The translations under genes were made by a program, and so were the position numbers. A stretch of 64,000 nt of DNA, taken from Armatimonadota bacterium. GTDB lineage: Bacteria; Armatimonadota; SYMT01. The DNA is taken from positions 166,327 through 230,326 of the forward strand of contig JAWLHY010000006.1 in the NCBI GenBank assembly GCA_041690135.1, written 5' to 3'. The notes below the pieces were generated by a model, which saw only the letters and a program-made list of their open reading frames with translations, ran no database searches and had not been told where the DNA came from. This document shows, piece by piece, positions 58,025 through 64,000 of the stretch; position 1 is the first letter of the stretch; each line of letters opens with the position of its first letter.

Positions 58025-58342
58025 GTGTCGCAACCTACGCCCCCCATTCCCTTCCGCAACGTACGCATCCTCGGAACGGACGAACCTTCTCCGGACGGCA
58101 CGCCGGTCTGGGTTTATGAAGGATCGCTGGAACGGTTCACCGGAGACGGGAGCCGGTTCCATTTCGAACAGCGCATCGCCTGGCCGGAGGACCCGGACTG
58201 GGAGCAAGTCCAGGAGTTGGGCCTCTGGATGGTGGCACGCCTCAGCGTGAACGGACACGTGCTCGTGGGGCTGCGGGCCCGCCCCGAAGCGGATCCACCC
58301 ACCACAGCCCGCCTGATCACCCCGACCACCGCCCCGGAGTAG
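58025..58342 (+). CDS. Hypothetical protein
   Basis: 105 aa ORF filling the gap, convergent with the next gene; no family recognised. Confidence 0.55.
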   Translation: MSQPTPPIPFRNVRILGTDEPSPDGTPVWVYEGSLERFTGDGSRFHFEQRIAWPEDPDWEQVQELGLWMVARLSVNGHVLVGLRARPEADPPTTARLITPTTAPE

Positions 58343-58349
58343 AGGGCCA

Positions 58350-59150
58350 TTAACCGCTCGGACGGCGGTAGAGCCGTGCGAAGTTATGCCTGGGTTCCCA
58401 ACCGAGGAGGCGTCGCGCTTTCGCCGGTGAGAACTTGCCGTGCGGAAGTTCTGCCAGGATGAAAAAGACCTCGTAAGGGTTGGGAGGGGTGGGCGCCCGC
58501 AGTCCGTTCAGGAACGCTTCGCCGCAATCTTCCCAACTCGTTGAGAACGGACCAATGCCCGAGCCGTCCGGCCGGTCTCCCCCATCGCCGGGTAGGAAGT
58601 GACAGTAGAGAAACGTGATCACTTCCAGGCCATGCGCCTCGGCGAAGACACGGGTCACCTCTCCACCCAGGTACTTGCTCACGGCATAGAGATCGCCACC
58701 AGGATGGAGCGGCACTTCGTCCGGAACGGCGAAGTCCCACCAGTAATCGGCGTTATGGTCGAGGCGCATGTGGTAAGGCCCGGTGTGGATGATCCGCTTG
58801 ATGCCCAACTCCACTGCGGCCTTCGCCACGTTGTAGGCCCCGATCAGGTTCACGTGGAAAGCCGGCGCGAGATGGGGGCGGACCACCGTGCAGTTGATGA
58901 GCGCATCCATGCCCCGGGCGGCCTCCAGGACCTGCTCATAATCCGCGACATCCACCACCCGGCAGTCATGGGGCGCAGGAAGCGGTTCGGGCAAGGGCGC
59001 ACCGGGCGACTGGGGGGTCGTGATCTGCTCCAGCGGTCGCACGTCGGTGAGCCGGAGGGTATAGTGCGGCGCCAGGGCGCGAGTGGCGGCTACCCCCACG
59101 GGGCCACCGGCTCCGAAGATTGCAACGTTACCTGAATGGATGGATGGCAT
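58350..59150 (-). CDS. NAD-dependent epimerase/dehydratase family (uronate dehydrogenase-like)
   Basis: IFGAGGPVG, LRLTD, VNLIGAYNV, YAVSK (YxxxK), ARRLLGWEP. Confidence 0.88.
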   Translation of the reverse strand: MPSIHSGNVAIFGAGGPVGVAATRALAPHYTLRLTDVRPLEQITTPQSPGAPLPEPLPAPHDCRVVDVADYEQVLEAARGMDALINCTVVRPHLAPAFHVNLIGAYNVAKAAVELGIKRIIHTGPYHMRLDHNADYWWDFAVPDEVPLHPGGDLYAVSKYLGGEVTRVFAEAHGLEVITFLYCHFLPGDGGDRPDGSGIGPFSTSWEDCGEAFLNGLRAPTPPNPYEVFFILAELPHGKFSPAKARRLLGWEPRHNFARLYRRPSG

Positions 59151-59152
59151 GG

Positions 59153-59229
59153 TTGGTCAGGTGGTCAGGTATGCAGGTGTTCAGGTACTCGACCGTCGGC
59201 AGTCGAGTGTTGGGCATTCAGGCGTTGAG
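59153..59229. repeat. Degenerate 8-mer array (CCTGAAYR-like on the - strand) with central ACTCGAC/GTCGAGT hairpin, abutting the start codon
   Basis: ttggtcag gtggtcag gtatgcag gtgttcag gt[actcgac cgtcggca gtcgagt]gttgg gcattcag gcgttgag. Confidence 0.85.
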
Positions 59230-59320
59230 GGATTCGCGCGGTCAGTTGGTGCGATGCACGGTGCCTGAGCGTTATGGTTTCGGATCGGTGGGAGATGAAA
59301 GACTCATCGATCCTGACAAG

Positions 59321-60019
59321 CTACGCGCCGGCACGGGTGAAAGAGAACGGCGGCTGGGCGGCGGCCGCCAGAGGGAAACGGTCGGTAGAACAGATGTGGT
59401 AGAGCCACCAGTGAGGCTTGCGCCGCTCGGAACCCGTCCCCAGGTCCATCTCGAGCGCGCGAACAACAGCGGCAAGCGCATCGTCCGGCGTTGTCCCTTC
59501 CGGTGCGTTACCGATATCTCCTATCCGCAAGCAGACGCCGACCAGATCCTCCGCGCGAACGAACTCTCGCAGCGTCAACTCCGCCAGGTACGGCGCCAGC
59601 GACACCGCATCGGCCGCCGGTCGAGGCTGCCAGGTCTCATCAAGGACGTACTCTGAAGGGTAGGCTTTCAGGAGATCCAACCGCGATGCGAGGATCACCC
59701 GCGAGACTCCCGCCCTCAACGCCGCGTGAAGGAGGACATAAGTACCCCGAGATGCCCAGTCCAATAACTCCTTCTCGCCCCCGGACCCAGCGACCGCCGT
59801 CCGCTCAAAGACCGCCAGGTGAAGGATGGTGTCCACTCCTTGGGTCAGGGCCTCGACCTGAGCAGGTTCTCGGAGATCGGCCGGCATGTACTCCAGGTCC
59901 CGCAAGTGGGAAGGTACCTGCTGCTGCAGGCCGGTGAGCCGGAGCTCATGTTGATTGCGCAGGCCCGCGGCTACCATTTGTCCCAGTGCCTGATCCGCTC
60001 CGGTGATGAGAATCCGCAT
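59321..60019 (-). CDS. NAD-dependent epimerase/dehydratase-like protein, degenerate
   Basis: MRILITGA, ADLR, ILHLA, RVILAS; YxxxK is absent (SLAPY). Confidence 0.8.
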   Translation of the reverse strand: MRILITGADQALGQMVAAGLRNQHELRLTGLQQQVPSHLRDLEYMPADLREPAQVEALTQGVDTILHLAVFERTAVAGSGGEKELLDWASRGTYVLLHAALRAGVSRVILASRLDLLKAYPSEYVLDETWQPRPAADAVSLAPYLAELTLREFVRAEDLVGVCLRIGDIGNAPEGTTPDDALAAVVRALEMDLGTGSERRKPHWWLYHICSTDRFPLAAAAQPPFSFTRAGA

Positions 60020-60098
60020 CCGAAAGGCACTCCTGCAGGAAGATCCGCTTTATACCTGCCACCGCTGCGGCGACCGAGACGGTGGCGGCTTGCGACAC

Positions 60099-60129
60099 AA
60101 AAAGAGGAGAGCCCGCACGGCTCTCCTCT
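60099..60129 (-). terminator. Rho-independent terminator
   Basis: On the - strand: AGAGGAGAGCC-gtgcg-GGCTCTCCTCT-TTTT. Confidence 0.8.
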
Positions 60130-60199
60130 CTGGCATTCGGTTACGCCCAAGAGATTCCCTCCCCAGGGAAGGGGCTGAAGCGACTGGTTTTTAAGGGCG

Positions 60200-61183
60200 T
60201 TATCTCCCGGCGCCGCGGGGCCGGGTGGGAGTACGGGCGGGGATGCGGGCGGACTCCAGCGCAGCGGCCTTCTGCATGAGCTTTCGGCTTTCGGCCGCTT
60301 TACCCAGCCTGGTGTAGCAAAAGGCCTGCTCCCGGTAGAACTCCACCAGCATCCGGTTCCGGTACTCGGGGCTGAGCGCACTTCCGGTGGCGGTGCGCAG
60401 GCGCGCCTTACCCGTCTCCAAGAGGCCGATTCCGCGTTGCCAGACCGCCGCGGCGCGCGAGAACTGGCCCGAACCCTGGAAGTACCGCCCCACCCGGTTA
60501 TAGACGCCGGGATCGGGCGGGTTGAGCTTCAACAGCGTCTCGGCATCCCGCTGGGCGGCGGATGCATTACCCAGGGTACGATGCGCTTCCAAGCGTGCGG
60601 TCCAGGCCTGTATCCGAAAGATCCCTGAGAGATCGGTAGACTTCTTGCGAGCGTAGTAGGCGGCGGAAAGTTCGTCCAGATCGGCCATGGTCAACATCAA
60701 CTTCGCCACGGACTGGCGACGCTGGTCTTGGGCTTTGGTGTCCACTCGTTTGGCGCCATTGACTCCGTACTTCTTACGAATCGCCGCCATCCGAGCCTGG
60801 TACTGGGCGAGCCGCTGGGGGTCGCCCGGACCGCGCGCGCCAGGCTTCTTCCCTTCTTCCGCGTACCACTTCCGCAAGGCCTCCACTTCGCGAACGTAGG
60901 CAGGATTGCGAACCGTCTTGGGCCGTACCGTACCCGCGGTAGTCATCGCATCCCGAACTCGCTCGCGCGCGCGCGCCACCTGCTCCAGTGCAAGATCGAG
61001 CTTACCTGCGGCCGCATAACGGGTAGCACGCGCCTTACGGTCGGCCACCGCCGACTCCAAACTTTGCTTACCGGGAGCCGCAGCGGCACTAGGCCTGGCA
61101 GGCGCGCACAGGAGGGTGAGCCCCAGGACCAGGGTGGTCGAAAGCCGAAACCACGGAAGTTGAAAAGCGTTCAGCAGAAACAT
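60200..61183 (-). CDS. Exported basic helical/TPR-like hypothetical protein
   Basis: Signal-like N-terminus; TPR-like segments (VYNRVGRYF...AAAVWQRG, AFCYTRLGK). Start uncertain. Confidence 0.65.
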   Translation of the reverse strand: MFLLNAFQLPWFRLSTTLVLGLTLLCAPARPSAAAAPGKQSLESAVADRKARATRYAAAGKLDLALEQVARARERVRDAMTTAGTVRPKTVRNPAYVREVEALRKWYAEEGKKPGARGPGDPQRLAQYQARMAAIRKKYGVNGAKRVDTKAQDQRRQSVAKLMLTMADLDELSAAYYARKKSTDLSGIFRIQAWTARLEAHRTLGNASAAQRDAETLLKLNPPDPGVYNRVGRYFQGSGQFSRAAAVWQRGIGLLETGKARLRTATGSALSPEYRNRMLVEFYREQAFCYTRLGKAAESRKLMQKAAALESARIPARTPTRPRGAGR

Positions 61184-61265
61184 CAACAGCAGATACGTGA
61201 GACAGATGGAAAGCATCGCCCTACGCGGAATAGAGAGAGGCCGGAAAGTCGAGGAGAAGACTCCC

Positions 61266-61937
61266 ATGCCGTCCAAACCGCGCATCGGAAAGTACCGCCA
61301 TACACCCGCGGACGAGATTCGGATCGGTCCGGGAGGTGCCCTGTTTCATACGCGAACCCGGCGGCGAATGCCGTTCGGAGCCCTGGTCGGCTTCCTCTAC
61401 GCGATCATCGGGCCCATTCTGGCCGCAGGTACCTCCGCCTTGTTCCACGCAATGGGCCTGGGCCGGCACCTCCCCACTATCATCGGAAACTCCAAGCTGC
61501 CGCCCAGCCCGACCCTGGAAAACGTGCTCTTCGGCGCGGGGGTGGCGGAGACGGCCCTAGGATCGATGCTGGCGGGCTACTGGCTCTGGATCATGCTCTG
61601 GCGGACTCGCCTCGCTATCCAGCAGTGCGAACGAGGGGTAGCCGGGGTTCTGCCGCACCTGTTGCGCCGCGGCGCGAGCCTGGGAGCCGTTATGGCCTTC
61701 GCTTCCGGGGCAGTCGGCATCTTTGGGTTGTATCTGCGAACGGCTCCCGCGGCCCAACCCTGGTTCGTCCGCCCCTTCTTTGGACTGCTGGCGATCATCC
61801 CGACAGGAGCCAGCGCGACGATGACGGGAGTGATTCCCCTGGTGCTCCTCGTGTTAGGCTCCCTGTGTGGAGCGGTTTCGGGGGCAGCCGTCGCGTTCCT
61901 CTGGCAGCACTACCCGGAAGAACCTATCCGGCCATAA
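61266..61937 (+). CDS. Hypothetical membrane protein
   Basis: GAGGAG RBS; 4-5 hydrophobic Gly-rich segments. Confidence 0.7.
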   Translation: MPSKPRIGKYRHTPADEIRIGPGGALFHTRTRRRMPFGALVGFLYAIIGPILAAGTSALFHAMGLGRHLPTIIGNSKLPPSPTLENVLFGAGVAETALGSMLAGYWLWIMLWRTRLAIQQCERGVAGVLPHLLRRGASLGAVMAFASGAVGIFGLYLRTAPAAQPWFVRPFFGLLAIIPTGASATMTGVIPLVLLVLGSLCGAVSGAAVAFLWQHYPEEPIRP

Positions 61938-61948
61938 GCCGGTCCGCT

Positions 61949-63811
61949 TTACTGTTGAACCAACTCCGCCAACTCGGCCCACTCCGCGTACAGCTCTTCG
62001 AGGCGTTTACCCAACTCCTCATACTCCGCCGTCAGGTTAACTGCGGTACTTCCGTCCGCCCACTGGCTCGGATCTCCGAGCAGGGCGGTGACTTCCTTCT
62101 GCCGGGCCTCTAGACGCGCAATCTCCGTCTCCACGCGGGGTAAGCGCCGGGACGGGGACTGCGTACGGGTGCGAGGAGGAGGGGCTGCTGCCTGCTTCCG
62201 AGGCGTGGTTGCCGGGACCGAATTCTTCGGAAGTGTCTCTCGATATCGTCGATAACTTCCATCGTACAACCGGTGCCCAGTCGGTCGGACTTCCAGCAGG
62301 CGGGTGGCAACCGCGTCGAGAAAATACCGATCGTGGCTGACGACGATCAATGCCCCGGGGTAGCTACAGAAGGCCCGTTCCACGGCCTCACGCGAGGGAA
62401 GGTCCAGGTGGTTGGTCGGTTCATCAAGCAGCAACAGGTTGGGACGGGTGACCATGAGGCGACATAGGGCGAGCCGGGTACGCTCCCCACCGCTTAAGTC
62501 GCCAACGCGTCGTTCCACCGCATCACCTGCAAACAGGAACTGGTGCAAAGCCTGCATGGTTTCGGTGAGATCCAGGGCACCCGTTTCGTACAGCGTCTCA
62601 AACACCGTCGCGTCGGAATCGAGCGAAGAAAGGTCCTGCGCGAAGTACGCAGGCTGCACACGGAAGCCGTACGAGATCGCGCCGCTACGCGGCGGGCACT
62701 CGCCAGTCAACACTTTAAGGAGAGTTGTTTTCCCCGCCCCGTTCGGCCCAATGATCCCCAGGCGTTCTCCCCGCTCGAGCGTAAAGGAAAGTCCGGAAAA
62801 CAGGTTGCGACCATCGTAGCCGAAGGAGAGGTCGCGGGCCGTCACCACTTCGCGACCCGAAGCGACCACCTTTCCCGTGTTGACTTTCAGTCCAGAGCGC
62901 GCCTCGCGCGGGCGTTCCACCAACTCCTCCTGGAGTTTGTCGAGAGCCCGCTCGCGGCTGTGCATCGAGTCGAACTTCCGATGGCTGCGAAGGCGCTGAA
63001 TCACTGCCTGCTGGCGCACGATCTCTTCCTGCTGCCGCCGGTACAGTTCCTCCAGTTGTTCCAGTTCGACAGCCTTTTTCTTTCGGTAAGCCGAGTAATT
63101 GCCGCGGTAACTCTTTGCCTCACCGCGCTCCAATTCCACGATCTCCTCGGCTACTTCATCGAGAAAGTACCGATCGTGCGACACAATCAGCGCGGCGCCG
63201 GGATAACGGCGGAGGTACTCCTGCAGCCATTCCGAGGCTTCCCAATCCACGTGGTTCGTCGGCTCGTCCAGCAGCAGTAAATCCGGCTGTCTCACCAGGA
63301 TCTGCACCAGGGCAAGGCGCGTGCGTTCTCCCCCACTGAGGACCGCTACGGGCTTACTCCAGGCATCCTCGCGGAAGCCGAGCCCGGCCAGGACTTCCTT
63401 GGCGCGGTTCTCACACACATAGCCGCCAAGATCCTGGTACTGATGGTGAAGATGATCATAACGGTGGAGTGCCTCCGGGTCGTGGAGTGCCGATTCTTCC
63501 AGTGCGGTCATCTCCGCCCACACGTGCTGCAGTTCTGCGGATGGGCGTTGTGCTGCTTCCAGAACCGTCCTTGCATCCCCCACCAGGGGTTCCTGTTCAA
63601 GCAACGCCACGATGGCCCCTGGCTGGAGCGCAATATGGCCGGTATCCGGAGTGGCTGTCTGCGTGATCAGTCGGAGGATGGTGGATTTCCCCGCGCCATT
63701 GGGCCCCACAAGACCCACTTTTCGTCCCGGAGCGACGAAAAACGACACCCCCCGGAGTACGTCCAGGTTGCCGTAGCTCTTACTGACATCGGAAAGGGTC
63801 AACAACGACAT
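61949..63811 (-). CDS. ABC-F family ATPase
   Basis: Two NBDs (GPNGAGKS/T, LSGGERTR, LDEPTNH, SHDRYFLD), no TM segments, C-terminal coiled coil. Confidence 0.95.
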   Translation of the reverse strand: MSLLTLSDVSKSYGNLDVLRGVSFFVAPGRKVGLVGPNGAGKSTILRLITQTATPDTGHIALQPGAIVALLEQEPLVGDARTVLEAAQRPSAELQHVWAEMTALEESALHDPEALHRYDHLHHQYQDLGGYVCENRAKEVLAGLGFREDAWSKPVAVLSGGERTRLALVQILVRQPDLLLLDEPTNHVDWEASEWLQEYLRRYPGAALIVSHDRYFLDEVAEEIVELERGEAKSYRGNYSAYRKKKAVELEQLEELYRRQQEEIVRQQAVIQRLRSHRKFDSMHSRERALDKLQEELVERPREARSGLKVNTGKVVASGREVVTARDLSFGYDGRNLFSGLSFTLERGERLGIIGPNGAGKTTLLKVLTGECPPRSGAISYGFRVQPAYFAQDLSSLDSDATVFETLYETGALDLTETMQALHQFLFAGDAVERRVGDLSGGERTRLALCRLMVTRPNLLLLDEPTNHLDLPSREAVERAFCSYPGALIVVSHDRYFLDAVATRLLEVRPTGHRLYDGSYRRYRETLPKNSVPATTPRKQAAAPPPRTRTQSPSRRLPRVETEIARLEARQKEVTALLGDPSQWADGSTAVNLTAEYEELGKRLEELYAEWAELAELVQQ

Positions 63812-64000
63812 CGGAAATACCCACCTGCCAGGCAGCAATCATCGACACTCGGAGCGTGGGAGCGCCGGATTCTGTAGCGTTACAAACTACTCCCACCGTG
63901 AGGCGCAGGCATGTTAACCGGGCAAAGATAGCACGTCAACCGGACGGGAAACGATAAGGCGGCGCGCTTCGGATTGCCGAAGCCCGCCCCCAAACGGAAA

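Overview
High-GC bacterial chromosomal window, most likely Armatimonadota-type (inference from the prepilin/H-X9-DG protein and a diderm-Terrabacteria-style envelope cluster). It is mostly housekeeping and metabolic genes: an envelope block (tamB-like, ECF sigma, bamA, skp, Skp-like lipoprotein, lpxD, murB), a sugar ABC transporter, an ftcD operon, rho, dnaB, leuS, an ANTAR two-component pair with a Crp regulator, a xanthine-dehydrogenase-family molybdoenzyme operon, a phosphohexomutase, thrS-rpmI-rplT-pheS-pheT (no infC) and an ABC-F ATPase. I saw no tRNA, rRNA, CRISPR, transposase or integrase. The most striking signal is non-coding: about ten degenerate 6-8-nt tandem arrays sit at gene junctions. 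One inverted pair of 7-mer arrays brackets a lone four-helix-bundle (IVS/Avd-like) gene between an oxidoreductase and dnaB. Three other inverted pairs enclose only a short loop or a structured non-coding spacer, and several solo arrays abut start codons. This looks like filled, empty and remnant states of an undescribed repeat-flanked cassette (inference). Start codons were adjusted by eye and product calls come from motif recognition, not database searches.
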